From Bacteroidales bacterium (GTDB lineage: Bacteria; Bacteroidota; Bacteroidia; Bacteroidales; UBA10428), in assembly GCA_016935615.1 (NCBI GenBank), contig JAFGQO010000075.1, positions 7,765 through 71,764 on the forward strand: a stretch of 64,000 nucleotides of DNA. The letters are read 5' to 3'. Position 1 is the stretch's first letter. Every line of letters begins with the position of its first letter. The notes below the pieces were generated by a model, which worked only from the letters and a program-made list of their open reading frames with translations, ran no database searches and was not told where the DNA came from. The position numbers and the translations under genes were made by a program. Below are positions 1 to 10,131 of this stretch, in pieces.

Positions 1-46
1 AGAACAGATTAACATTAATATTTGGAAATTACAAAAATAAACAGAG

Positions 47-544
47 ATGAAAATGAAAAGAACATTAATGATAAAGAGTATAATTCTCGTACTAATATTA
101 ATAACGACTGCATGTTATAATAAAAGAGAAGAAAAAACGGATTACGATAATGACATGATACTGATCAAACAGACAATTCATAATAGTATAGCTTGGGCGA
201 AGAACAAAGATTTAAATTTACTGTATAGTGTTATTGCAGATGATACAGCATTTCTCGAAATTCATCCGGACAATAGTATTGTGAAGGGTATCTCAGAATT
301 CAGAGAAGCTGAGAAATTCTGGATGCATCCTGACTTTAAGGCAATAAGATATGAGATCAAAGATCTTACTATACAAATTTCCCAATGTGGCACTGTTGCA
401 TGGTGGTTCTGCATGCTTGATGATATCAACGAGTGGAAAGGACAACCGGCAAATTGGGAGAATACCAGATGGACAGGAGTATCTGAAAAACGCGATGGGA
501 ATTGGGTAATAGTTCAACAGCATTTCTCAGTTGCTATACAGTAA
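47..544 (+). CDS. SnoaL-like / NTF2-family lipoprotein
   Basis: Lipoprotein-type N-terminus (ITTAC); C-terminal RWTGVSEKRDGNWVIVQQHFS typical of the SnoaL/NTF2 fold. Confidence 0.8.
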   Translation: MKMKRTLMIKSIILVLILITTACYNKREEKTDYDNDMILIKQTIHNSIAWAKNKDLNLLYSVIADDTAFLEIHPDNSIVKGISEFREAEKFWMHPDFKAIRYEIKDLTIQISQCGTVAWWFCMLDDINEWKGQPANWENTRWTGVSEKRDGNWVIVQQHFSVAIQ

Positions 545-627
545 TAAAATGAATATTGATTGACAGGTCATAACAAATTGTAATTTGTTTTCTGGTTCCC
601 GTTTGAAAGAATAAAATGCATTATTCC

Positions 628-2889
628 CTAAAAACTTCCACTTACCTGTAAACTATAGTTCCGCTGCGGTTGAATATCGCCCGGTCTGCCTATATATTCG
701 GTATTGGTGATGTTTTTAATGCCGAATGATAAGGAAAAATGTTCATTCAAATGAAAGGTCAGAAAACCATCGAGAAGCACGTACCCCTTATTATCTTGCT
801 GCCAGTACTCATAAAATCCGGGAAGCAGGCTCTCGCGTGTCAACGGATTCAGGAACACATCGTCGATATTCAGGATCTTTGATCGGAAATACATGTTTAG
901 CCCCAGATCAAATTTCCGGTAGCTGGTTGTTGCAGTAATACTAAGCGAGTGTTTACGCCGGTATTTCAGGAATTCACCCGTGTTCTGATTTGAGTTGATA
1001 TCGTATTCTGCCGGATAAATATAGGTATATCCTGCATGAATGCCGGTATGAAATGCATTGAAGCTCCTGTTCAGCGCGGTTTCAATTTCAAAACCGTATA
1101 TGCGCGCGTGTTCTGTATTCACAGCCTGGAAACCATAGACCCCTTCATGCGTTACTGGATCAGGATAAATTCCAAAGATGTATTCAATCAGCTTGTCACT
1201 CCTCGTATAAAACACAGAAAGGTCGAACTGCCCGGTACTGTTTTTTGCATAAATACCCTGTTTCACCCCAATTTCTGCACTCCAGCCCGATTCAGGTTCA
1301 ATTCCCGGATTTGGAAAAATGCGTATTGATCCGATGGTAGTGGTGGCAAACTTTTCTGCAATGGAGGGATAGCGGTACCCCTGTCCGAACGATGCTCTCA
1401 GGAATGTGAATTTACCGGCCTGGTAATTCAGCCCGGTTCGGAAAATGGGAATGAGTTTATCGCTTACATCATCCAGACGGTTGTGTTCAACACGCAATCC
1501 TGCCTGCAGCTTTAGCCGGTTAAACGGCCGGTAATCGAGTTGTGTATAGCCGGCCAGGTTCAGTCCGTTGTGATTCTCATAGAAAGGTGAAATAATCCGG
1601 CTAAACGTGCCTGCTGCTCCTGCAATCAGGTCGAGCTTCTGCAGGACAGCATACGATAGCTGGTACTCTGTATAGTAGGATGTGGCGTCGCTGTTGTTCT
1701 GGCTACTTTCCGGAAGCCGGTTCCGCGTTTTCTGGTAGCGCATGCTGAGATCGTGTTTAAAACGTCCATTGTTATCGAAACTTACAAAAGGATCTATGGT
1801 GAGCATCAGACCATGCAGGGCATTGGCCGTAGCTTCGTTTTGTCGTAAAGCTCCTGTGTCGGCATCTTCCCAGAGCAAAAAATCGGTCTTCTCCTGATAA
1901 CCTGCACTCATACGAGCTCCATAAGTCAATCCTTCGATTTTAGCAGCATGCCGTTTGATTTTCAGGTTTAGTGAGCCCAGCTTTTCATCGTTCAGCCGCC
2001 GGTATCCGTTATCGTACAGCAACTTCCCTCCAATACCAATACCTGTATTACCATAACGGCGGGAAAAGGAAAATGAGACATTGTGATACATCCTGGGAGT
2101 ATCCCACCAAACCCAACTCTTGTTGCGGGCCTTGTCGTAAATGCCTGATGAAAGTGAAAACTGTACCGAAGGTTCCGGTGTTGCCTCCTGCGTACGAAAA
2201 TTTATTATGCCATTCAATGCCGAAGAACCGTATAAAACCGACGAGGCGCCCTTAATGATCTCGATCTGCGAAAGATTTTCGAGAGGAAGGAACGACCATT
2301 TGATATTGCCTGCATCCGCAGCCAGTGCTGGCATACCGTCGATCATTACCAGCACCCGGCTACCCACTCCATAGGCATATCCACTGCCTCCCCTGATGGA
2401 AGCCTGACTATCCATGACCTCGATACCCGGCGTCTGGTTGATGATTTCCTCTGCAGTGACAATATGATTTTCAAGCAATCTGGCCGGCCTGATAAGGATG
2501 GTAGATACATTGAGCTCCGATATTTTTTGTTCCGATTTGGACGGACTCACCACCAACTCATCAATTTCGCTGAATGCGGGTATAAGACCAATGGTAAGTA
2601 TCACCGTATCCTTCCTGTTGACAATCAGCGATTGTGAATGGGTTTGATAGCCCAGGTATTTAAAAACCAACGATATGGTTCCGGGAGTAATCTCAAATGA
2701 AAACCATCCTTCCGGAGAAGTGATAGTTCCGTGTCCTTCGCCGTAGATCACATGTACCCCCGAAAGAGGCGAATGGGTGTTAAGATCAAATACTTCGCCC
2801 TGTACCACTGCCTGCTGGGCAGATCCATGCAAAAAGACACAAATGCTTAAACTGACGACATGCAGGATACGCTTCATGCCATGCATCAC
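628..2889 (-). CDS. TonB-dependent outer-membrane receptor
   Basis: Signal peptide, CarboxypepD_reg-like N-domain, plug motifs (SIRGG, IEIIKGASSVLYGSSALNGIIN), C-terminal Phe. Confidence 0.9.
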   Translation of the reverse strand: MMHGMKRILHVVSLSICVFLHGSAQQAVVQGEVFDLNTHSPLSGVHVIYGEGHGTITSPEGWFSFEITPGTISLVFKYLGYQTHSQSLIVNRKDTVILTIGLIPAFSEIDELVVSPSKSEQKISELNVSTILIRPARLLENHIVTAEEIINQTPGIEVMDSQASIRGGSGYAYGVGSRVLVMIDGMPALAADAGNIKWSFLPLENLSQIEIIKGASSVLYGSSALNGIINFRTQEATPEPSVQFSLSSGIYDKARNKSWVWWDTPRMYHNVSFSFSRRYGNTGIGIGGKLLYDNGYRRLNDEKLGSLNLKIKRHAAKIEGLTYGARMSAGYQEKTDFLLWEDADTGALRQNEATANALHGLMLTIDPFVSFDNNGRFKHDLSMRYQKTRNRLPESSQNNSDATSYYTEYQLSYAVLQKLDLIAGAAGTFSRIISPFYENHNGLNLAGYTQLDYRPFNRLKLQAGLRVEHNRLDDVSDKLIPIFRTGLNYQAGKFTFLRASFGQGYRYPSIAEKFATTTIGSIRIFPNPGIEPESGWSAEIGVKQGIYAKNSTGQFDLSVFYTRSDKLIEYIFGIYPDPVTHEGVYGFQAVNTEHARIYGFEIETALNRSFNAFHTGIHAGYTYIYPAEYDINSNQNTGEFLKYRRKHSLSITATTSYRKFDLGLNMYFRSKILNIDDVFLNPLTRESLLPGFYEYWQQDNKGYVLLDGFLTFHLNEHFSLSFGIKNITNTEYIGRPGDIQPQRNYSLQVSGSF

Positions 2890-3302
2890 TTGGGTTTAAA
2901 GGTGATCCTGATATCGACAGGAAGCGGCTCTTCCTGTACCGGGAAGCTGGTGACAATTTTAAAATCGGACTCCGTCAACTCCTCTATATAACAGGTGACC
3001 GGAATAGTCAACGAATCGGAAGCGATTGTAATATATTCGTCGTTGTTGGTCAATGTCCAGTTGCCGGTATACTGGCCAAAGTAACCGGTTCCATCCTCAT
3101 TGAATTTCGCGTCTCCGGTAAATTTCTCGAGTAATTCACCCGGGCCGCTGGCATCCTCACCGTTGGCCAGCAGGCTGTCCGATGTCCATAAAGGTGCTGT
3201 CAACAGGTTGAAACGCTCTGAAGAAGTAGTGTCTTCTTTTTTACAGGCAATAAGAAAACAGATACCGGTAATGAGCAGCAGGGAAAAGGTATATTTTTTC
3301 AT
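2886..3302 (-). CDS. Lipocalin-like lipoprotein, probable partner of the TBDR
   Basis: Start re-placed at MKKYTF; lipobox LIAC-KKED with acidic residues following; stop overlaps the TBDR start. Confidence 0.7.
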   Translation of the reverse strand: MKKYTFSLLLITGICFLIACKKEDTTSSERFNLLTAPLWTSDSLLANGEDASGPGELLEKFTGDAKFNEDGTGYFGQYTGNWTLTNNDEYITIASDSLTIPVTCYIEELTESDFKIVTSFPVQEEPLPVDIRITFKPK

Positions 3303-3673
3303 GACTTCGGGTTTTTTTGTGGCATATACAGTGTACAAATCAACTGTCAAAAGGTACGAATTTTTCACTAATTGCCGGATATGCATTCCTGTATCCCTTT
3401 TTAACAAAGCCGGAAGTATGTTTTTTTAAGACAGAGTTCTTCATTTATTTTTGTTTCAGCGGCGACATCTCCTTTGTTCAGCGTAAACTTTTTCTATATA
3501 ACTGATAAAAGTTAGCCCCTGCTTTCGGCAGACAAGTTCAACGAATATGCATCGGATTATAGATTTTTTATAACTTGCGTATTGAAATCCGGGCGATACA
3601 ATAACAACAGTTTCATATATTAGTATTTTTATCCACCCGATCATACTATTGAAATTTTTTAAAGCCTGATCCT

Positions 3674-4603
3674 ATGAAAAACAAATTGATCATTTTATTC
3701 TGGACTCTCGTATTGCTTTTTCCATTAGGGTGTAATAAGCCAAATACCGATCCATACAGTATTCAAAAAGAGAACGGTAAAATCATCCTGGCATACAAAG
3801 CCTTCGGAGATTTCCTGAATTCCGATAAAAGCTGGGAAAGTTATAAAGCCCTGTTACTGGATGCCTACCCTGAAGTACAGGAAGTGCATAAACGGCAACT
3901 CGAATGGGGAGTGATCGATTCGGTAAAATTCCCAAATGAAGTCAGCAAATACAAACCCGAAGATTTTGAATCGTATTTCTCTCAGTACGACAACAAGACT
4001 TTAAATTACCTCTACGACTCGATCATACAAAAATCACATACCATTCTGGCACCGGTTACTGACAAACAGGTTGATTTGTGTTTTTTTCTGCCTTACGGGA
4101 GTTGCTTCGTGGTTCCTGAAACGGATAAAAATACAATTTATATTTCCATGCTCATCAATCCTGCCGAGGTAGAAAAGATCATGGCACATGAATACGGTCA
4201 TGTGCTGCATTTTGAAAGAAGACCTGAGGAACCATTAACACTAAAGAGGGAAATAGTTGCCGAAGGCATGGCTGTATACCTGACAAATCAAATCATTAAG
4301 AATATTAAAGTTTCAAATTCAATACCTTTTATGTCTGAAAACTCATTTGACTGGTGTATGGAAAACGAGCAGACGATAAAAGATTCAATACAACCTGAGT
4401 TAAACGATACTACAATGCAATTATTTATACGATATATATCGGATGGCAGCTTTGCAAAACCTCCTGAAGGGTTTGTGCAAAAAACCGGCTACTTTACCGG
4501 GTACAGGATCATCGAGGCCTGTGTAAACCAGGGAATGTTGCTCGAAGAAATCTGCTCGCTCGATGCAGAAACAGTTATCAGCAAAAGCAACTACTTTCAT
4601 TAG
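3674..4603 (+). CDS. DUF2268-like Zn-dependent protease lipoprotein
   Basis: Lipobox PLGC; HEYGH...EGMA gluzincin motif; C-terminal GYFTGYRII. Confidence 0.75.
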   Translation: MKNKLIILFWTLVLLFPLGCNKPNTDPYSIQKENGKIILAYKAFGDFLNSDKSWESYKALLLDAYPEVQEVHKRQLEWGVIDSVKFPNEVSKYKPEDFESYFSQYDNKTLNYLYDSIIQKSHTILAPVTDKQVDLCFFLPYGSCFVVPETDKNTIYISMLINPAEVEKIMAHEYGHVLHFERRPEEPLTLKREIVAEGMAVYLTNQIIKNIKVSNSIPFMSENSFDWCMENEQTIKDSIQPELNDTTMQLFIRYISDGSFAKPPEGFVQKTGYFTGYRIIEACVNQGMLLEEICSLDAETVISKSNYFH

Positions 4604-4618
4604 AAAATACACACAACT

Positions 4619-5443
4619 ATGTTAGAAATCCCTGAATCAAAAACAGTCAGCCGGCAGGTAACCGACACCTTAGCCGGTAAGCAAATAGCAGAGATCTTTT
4701 CTGCCACCAGTCCGCATAAGTTTATGTTTCATTGCGGTGATCCTGCGGCCTACACTGCCCTGCTCAAAGGCAGACAAATTCTATCAGCCAAAGGGCACGG
4801 AATGTTTGTTGATATATTCTGTGATAAGGATACCTGCATTACCATCAGCGATGGTACGAACATCAGGTATCATAAGCCCTATGAACAGCGTCCTGAAAAA
4901 TACCAGCTGCTGATCATTTTGGATGACGGCAGTTTTGTTCCATTCACTATTGCCATGTATGGCGGATTATGGATATATAGGGGTACACTCGATAACTCTT
5001 ACCACCAGGGTAGCCTGAACAGCATATCCCCACTCGATGATGCTTTTGATATATCGCTTTTCGTTAAAATTCTTAACAGGATCACAAAGGACATTTCTGT
5101 TAAAGCCATGCTGGCCACCGAACAACGTATTCCGGGAATCGGTAACGGTGTGCTGCAGGATATTCTGTTCAATGCCGGCATACACCCCAAACAGAAAAAA
5201 TCCACCCTGACCGATTTCCAGCAGGGAGAATTATTCCACAGTCTGAAAACCACCTTAACAAAAATGACGGATAAGGGAGGCCGGGATACGGAAAAAGATC
5301 TGTTTGGAAATTTCGGGGGATATCATACTATCCTTTCAAAAAACACATTGAAAAATCCTTGCCCTAACTGCGGTAATGCCATCGTAAAAGAGCAATACAT
5401 GGGTGGTGCCATTTACTTTTGCCCGGTCTGCCAGAAGATTTAA
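4619..5443 (+). CDS. Fpg/Nei-family DNA glycosylase (endonuclease VIII-like)
   Basis: N-terminal xEIPE, H2TH motif IPGIGNGVLQDILF, C-terminal CPNC...CPVC zinc finger. Confidence 0.85.
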   Translation: MLEIPESKTVSRQVTDTLAGKQIAEIFSATSPHKFMFHCGDPAAYTALLKGRQILSAKGHGMFVDIFCDKDTCITISDGTNIRYHKPYEQRPEKYQLLIILDDGSFVPFTIAMYGGLWIYRGTLDNSYHQGSLNSISPLDDAFDISLFVKILNRITKDISVKAMLATEQRIPGIGNGVLQDILFNAGIHPKQKKSTLTDFQQGELFHSLKTTLTKMTDKGGRDTEKDLFGNFGGYHTILSKNTLKNPCPNCGNAIVKEQYMGGAIYFCPVCQKI

Positions 5444-5803
5444 AATAAGGCTACACGCCCGAAGTCTAAAACTTCGTCATATTACTTTATTGTATGCACG
5501 GCATTATGCTGAAACCAGAAGAAAACCTGACTCTGAAATGACAGTAAAATTTTTTGACTGCTGCGAAGAAAAGACAGCAGAGTACCTGTTTGTGTTTATG
5601 CGAACAACATACTGCGGTAATATACCCGGAAATAGATGGTATGCCGTATTAAGCAGATTCAAAAGAAATCCGGCTGAAAATAGCAGTTGTATAGTTGAAC
5701 TGCTTTTCTTTTTACTGACTTTTTGGTTCATCGGGCCGGCAATATTACAAGTGAAAGACGTAAAAAATTAATCATTTTTGCAATTGACCCGAATAATTCA
5801 TTC

Positions 5804-5811
5804 TATTTTTG
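5804..5811 (+). promoter_or_regulatory. Bacteroidetes -7 promoter element (TATTTTTG)
   Basis: Matches TAnnTTTG about 160 nt upstream of the ferritin-like gene. Confidence 0.4.
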
Positions 5812-5970
5812 AATTATTATAACAACAAAGTAAGACTAAGGGTTTCTGTTAAACTGCAACCCGGATTTTTCTAAGTCGGGATTGATCGGCTACAAAATTC
5901 AGTTCGCGCAATTTCTGAAATTTGAGTCTCACAAATAAAATAGTATCTTTAATTAATAAAAATAAACAAC

Positions 5971-6483
5971 ATGGGAAAACAAGGTATTAAGATCTCATCT
6001 GTTGATGTGGACAAACTTTTAAAAATGTTAAATGCAGCTCTTTCAGAAGAATGGCTGGCATATTACCAATACTGGATTGGTGCGAGACTAATGGAAGGCC
6101 CTATGAGAAGCGAGGTAGAACCTGAACTTTTATTACATGCCGACCAGGAATTAGGTCATGCCGTATTAGTGGTTAACAGGATCATTCAATTGGGAGGAAC
6201 ACCTGTAATAAATCCTGCAGAATGGACTAAGTTGGCACATTGTTCATATGACGAACCATCGGACCCTTATATTGAGGTAATTCTGGAACAAAACCTGAAA
6301 GGTGAAAGATGTGCAATTCAGCGTTATCAGGAAATTGCCGATTTTACAAACGGGAAAGACCATTCAACACATCAAATGGCTGTTCAGATTCTTAATGAAG
6401 AACTGGAACATGAAAACGATATTGAGGACTGGATTACTGATATTGTAAGAATGAAAGAAGAGTGGAAAAAAATCAGGATGTAA
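5971..6483 (+). CDS. Ferritin-like protein (DpsL / bacterioferritin-related)
   Basis: EEWLAYYQYW, ExxH pairs (ELGH, EELEHE) and GERCAI, as in the Bacteroides DpsL/Bfr-related family. Confidence 0.85.
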   Translation: MGKQGIKISSVDVDKLLKMLNAALSEEWLAYYQYWIGARLMEGPMRSEVEPELLLHADQELGHAVLVVNRIIQLGGTPVINPAEWTKLAHCSYDEPSDPYIEVILEQNLKGERCAIQRYQEIADFTNGKDHSTHQMAVQILNEELEHENDIEDWITDIVRMKEEWKKIRM

Positions 6484-6506
6484 AACGAACTCGCTGAATA
6501 TACTGC

Positions 6507-6647
6507 TCACACCGATCGCCATTCTTTGCTGATAAGTTCGATTAGGATTCGTAAGGATTCCCGGTCAGCTTTTTTTTGTTTTGCTGATTGAAAACCATGT
6601 GATGCAATGTTTACAACACATGGTATGAGGCTTTGCGGAACCAGCAA
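6507..6647 (-). other. Unannotated micro-ORF or gene remnant, copy A (LLVPQSLIPCVVNIASHGFQSAKQKKADRESLRILIELISKEWRSV*)
   Basis: Open frame from TTG 6647 to TGA 6507; homologous in frame to 8629-8760. Confidence 0.5.
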
Positions 6648-7038
6648 TTATTTATTTACCTATGGCAAATAAAAAATGATACCGGAATTTTTTCAGAAAT
6701 TCTAATCATTGAATGATCAACAATAACAACTGACTTTCACTACCCTGATGCAACAAATCAATATTTTCAGATCTGTTGTATGAAAAAACCTGCTTACAGA
6801 TAACTGATCAGCGAAGCAAGAATTAAAACTAAAGCTTGCCTGCTTTAAGAAAAAGCAAATCAGCTATGCCTTTCCTTCGGTTGCATATGATTGAGTTTTA
6901 TTCTAATTCATTCCGGACATTTTTTTACAATTAATTACAATTCCATGACATATCCGTGGATATGATCCGGTATATTTATGGCTTATAACAGAACCTTCAG
7001 AGGCAAATGCATATATCCTGTAAATTTTGCACAATACA

Positions 7039-8607
7039 ATGAAAAGTATCAGCTATAAATTCAAAAGTTTAAACGTTAAGCTTTCTTCTTTCTGGTTAAT
7101 AACCTTCGGATTGGTCATTGCCAAACTTACCATTCATTTTCTTACCAGCACGACCTACGAATTACACAGGGACGAAATGTTATATTTCGCAATGGGAAAT
7201 CATTTGCATTTCGGATACGCTTCCACACCGCCTTTGATAGCATTTCTTGCATTTGTCAGCAGAATGTTATTCGGTTATTCCGAATTTGGTATAAAACTTT
7301 TCCCTGCACTGATCGGAGCCGCTTCAATTGTAATAATCGCCCTGATAATAAAAGAGTTTGGAGGAGGAAAACTGGCAGTTCTGATAGCAGGCATCGGATT
7401 TCTTGTACCGGGGGCCTTCCTTAGAAGCAACAGCCTTTTTCAACCTGTATCATTCGACCAGTTTTTCTGGCTGCTTTCTGCTTACCTGGTTATAAGAATG
7501 ATCAACACGAACAATGTAAAATTTTGGTTATGGATTGGACTTATTTTCGGATTGGCTTTCTTAAACAAATACGCAATTCTGTTTTTTGCATTTGCTATTC
7601 TTGTGGCGCTTCTGATAAGTCCTCATCGAAAACTCCTGTCTTCAAGATATTTTTTATTTGGAATGCTGATTGCATGTTTAACCGCTTTGCCCAATCTGCT
7701 TTGGCAGTATCAACATAACTGGCCTGTGGTGCATCACATGCTGGAACTGCAGCGATATCAACTGGTAAACAATACGGTATATAATTTTTTTCTTGATCAA
7801 TTGCTCAATTGTGCTGCATCAGCTTTCATTTGGTTAGCGGGTTTGCTCATGATCCTTTTTATTCCGGCAGAAAAAAAATTCAGGTTCATTGCTTACACCT
7901 TTCTGTTGGTTTTACTAATAATAGTACTTGGAAGAGGTAAGTCTTACTACACCCTGGGAGCTTATTCAATGCTGTATGCGGCAGGAGGTTATACAATGGA
8001 AAAATACTTTGCCGGAAAATGGGTATATATAAATTATATCGTTATTGTTCTTTCTATCATAAGTTCACTGATCTTTTTGCCCTTAGAATTGCATGTAGCA
8101 TCTTTCAAAACAGTTGAGAAGTATTGCGATCCTGAAACCGGCATTCTCCCGCAGCGCTGGGAAGACGGGGAAATACATTCAATACCTCAGGATTATGCAG
8201 ATATGACAGGCTGGAAAGATTTGGCCGGAATTGTAAATCAGGCATACAACAGTCTGGATAGTATCGAACAAAAAAAGTGTTCGATCTATGCTGGAAATTA
8301 CGGACAGGCCGGTGCTGTTGAATTTTACGGTCATAAATATGGATTGCCCAAACCGATCAGTTTTCATGATAGCTATCTTCTGTGGGCACCTGATACTATC
8401 ACAAACGGACCGCTGATTTATATAAATGATGAAGTTGGTGATATTGATGAACTGTTTGATAACTATCCTGAAGCGGGCAGGGTCCATAATGAATATTTCA
8501 GAGAAAACGGACTCATGGTACTTTTATGTACCAGCCCCGGAAAACAATGGAAAGAGTTTTATTCAAAAAAAGTGCAAAAACTTAAGGATATTTATCGTAG
8601 ACCCTGA
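7039..8607 (+). CDS. GT-C fold glycosyltransferase (family 39 / PMT-ArnT-like)
   Basis: HRDE motif, multiple TM segments, PNLLWQYQHNWP, NYGQAGA. Confidence 0.85.
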   Translation: MKSISYKFKSLNVKLSSFWLITFGLVIAKLTIHFLTSTTYELHRDEMLYFAMGNHLHFGYASTPPLIAFLAFVSRMLFGYSEFGIKLFPALIGAASIVIIALIIKEFGGGKLAVLIAGIGFLVPGAFLRSNSLFQPVSFDQFFWLLSAYLVIRMINTNNVKFWLWIGLIFGLAFLNKYAILFFAFAILVALLISPHRKLLSSRYFLFGMLIACLTALPNLLWQYQHNWPVVHHMLELQRYQLVNNTVYNFFLDQLLNCAASAFIWLAGLLMILFIPAEKKFRFIAYTFLLVLLIIVLGRGKSYYTLGAYSMLYAAGGYTMEKYFAGKWVYINYIVIVLSIISSLIFLPLELHVASFKTVEKYCDPETGILPQRWEDGEIHSIPQDYADMTGWKDLAGIVNQAYNSLDSIEQKKCSIYAGNYGQAGAVEFYGHKYGLPKPISFHDSYLLWAPDTITNGPLIYINDEVGDIDELFDNYPEAGRVHNEYFRENGLMVLLCTSPGKQWKEFYSKKVQKLKDIYRRP

Positions 8608-8628
8608 ATATAAAACTGAAGATTCTTT

Positions 8629-8760
8629 TCATACTGATCGCCATTCTTTGCCTATAAGCCCGGCAAGTTCGATAAGAATTCGAATGCTTTCCTGATTATC
8701 TGTTTTTTTGTATATTGCTGATTGAACACTATGCGATGCAATGCTTGCGACATTATACAA
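8629..8760 (-). other. Unannotated micro-ORF or gene remnant, copy B (LYNVASIASHSVQSAIYKKTDNQESIRILIELAGLIGKEWRSV*)
   Basis: Open frame ending at TGA 8629; in-frame homologue of 6507-6647. Confidence 0.5.
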
Positions 8761-9012
8761 CAGGTGCGCTGTGCGTCATGCAGAAAAAGTCCCCGAACGA
8801 TAGAAAAGGCAATAAATGAAAACACCTATAATTTTTTTACGGATTGTAACCAGTGTAAATACATATATCAAACATTGACAATGAATACAAATAGTATAAA
8901 ACAGTTCATCCGGAAGAAACCTGGCCAGAGCCCAAAATATCCTGTATATATAGAAGGATTAAGAACTTTTAAAATTGCAGTTGCAAAATAAATCCGGTTA
9001 AAATCAAACAAG

Positions 9013-9864
9013 ATGAGCAATTCAAAAACAAAACGTAACCTGTTTCTATTTATTATAATCGTAATAGTCTCCGGATGGTTAGGAGTTATCATTGACAAAT
9101 ACCTTCCTCAGCAGGAGAGTGAAAATACATTGGGCATGGGTCTTTGGCTGATAAGTCCCCTGATAATCGTTATCATTCTCAGAACATTCCTGGGAGACGG
9201 ATGGAAAGATGCCGGATTGAAGCTGATTCTTAAAAACAATGCCGTCTGGTACTTAGCTTCCTTAATTATCTTCCCGCTGGTAACAGGAATTGTTTTGATC
9301 ATTGGCAAATGCCTGAATTGGATTGATCTTTCCGGCTTCAACACATATGCTTTCGCAAATGCATTTGTCGGTTTGCTTGTTATTGCCATTGTTAAAAATA
9401 TATTTGAGGAATTTGTCTGGAGAGGATATTTAACTTCAAAACTCATAAAACTGAATACAAATGATATTGCAGTTTATCTGATTGTTGGTCTGGTCTGGTC
9501 AATATGGCATCTTCCTTATTACCTCGTATTCTTATCCGATTCTTCAATGGTTGCCGTTTTGCCTGTCAGCAGGATATTGTTCTTTATTGTTGCTTCGCTG
9601 AACATGATGATCTGGACAATTATGTTTGTAGAAATATACCGTTTAACAAACTCTGTCTGGCCTGCGGTTTTAATGCATTCTGTAGAAGACTCTTTTATTA
9701 ATCCGTTGGTCATTGATGGCTATATCAGGATAGCAGGTAATAAAGAGATATTTATTTCTCCGATTTGTGGAATAATTACAGCCGCACTTTATCTTGCTAT
9801 CGGATTATGGTTGAGGAAAAGAAGAAAATCAGCATTCATTCAAAGGAATAGAATTCCTGAATAA
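9013..9864 (+). CDS. CPBP (CAAX/Abi) intramembrane metalloprotease
   Basis: EEFVWRGY, WSIWH and AVLMH motifs; multi-TM. Confidence 0.9.
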   Translation: MSNSKTKRNLFLFIIIVIVSGWLGVIIDKYLPQQESENTLGMGLWLISPLIIVIILRTFLGDGWKDAGLKLILKNNAVWYLASLIIFPLVTGIVLIIGKCLNWIDLSGFNTYAFANAFVGLLVIAIVKNIFEEFVWRGYLTSKLIKLNTNDIAVYLIVGLVWSIWHLPYYLVFLSDSSMVAVLPVSRILFFIVASLNMMIWTIMFVEIYRLTNSVWPAVLMHSVEDSFINPLVIDGYIRIAGNKEIFISPICGIITAALYLAIGLWLRKRRKSAFIQRNRIPE

Positions 9865-10087
9865 TATGAATCAATGAACCTGCTATAACACATGCAACTG
9901 TTATACAATCTCTTCCTTTCACGAATGATTCATCGGGAAATTGACTTCGTCGAGCTCTCCCGATTTTCATCAGGATCGGTTGACTTCCCTGCCAGCCGGT
10001 TTAACTGCCTATGGCAGTCATGGCAAGCAAGAAACCGGCAACCCAATTTATTTCTTTCTTTCATTTCCAATTCTCACTACTTGACTG

Positions 10088-10095
10088 TATCTTCG
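10088..10095 (+). promoter_or_regulatory. -7 promoter element for aspS (TATCTTCG)
   Basis: TAnnTT(T/C)G variant 37 nt before the start codon. Confidence 0.45.
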
Positions 10096-10131
10096 CAACT
10101 TAATATATATTAGTGATTAAGGGAATATACA

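Noticed and set aside
5403-5771. ORFs 5403-5771 (+) and 5504-5731 (-)
   Set aside because: No recognisable motif; they overlap each other and the Nei gene end, so neither can be supported
8722-8991. Cys-rich 89-aa ORF (CxxC three times) as a zinc-finger protein
   Set aside because: TTG start lies inside the repeat copy, and the paralogous region at 6590-6650 does not preserve this frame
9884-9905. TATAACA...TGTTATA after the CPBP gene as an integron attC site, with the nearby singletons as a cassette array
   Set aside because: Far too short for an attC, not repeated after the other genes, and no integrase is present
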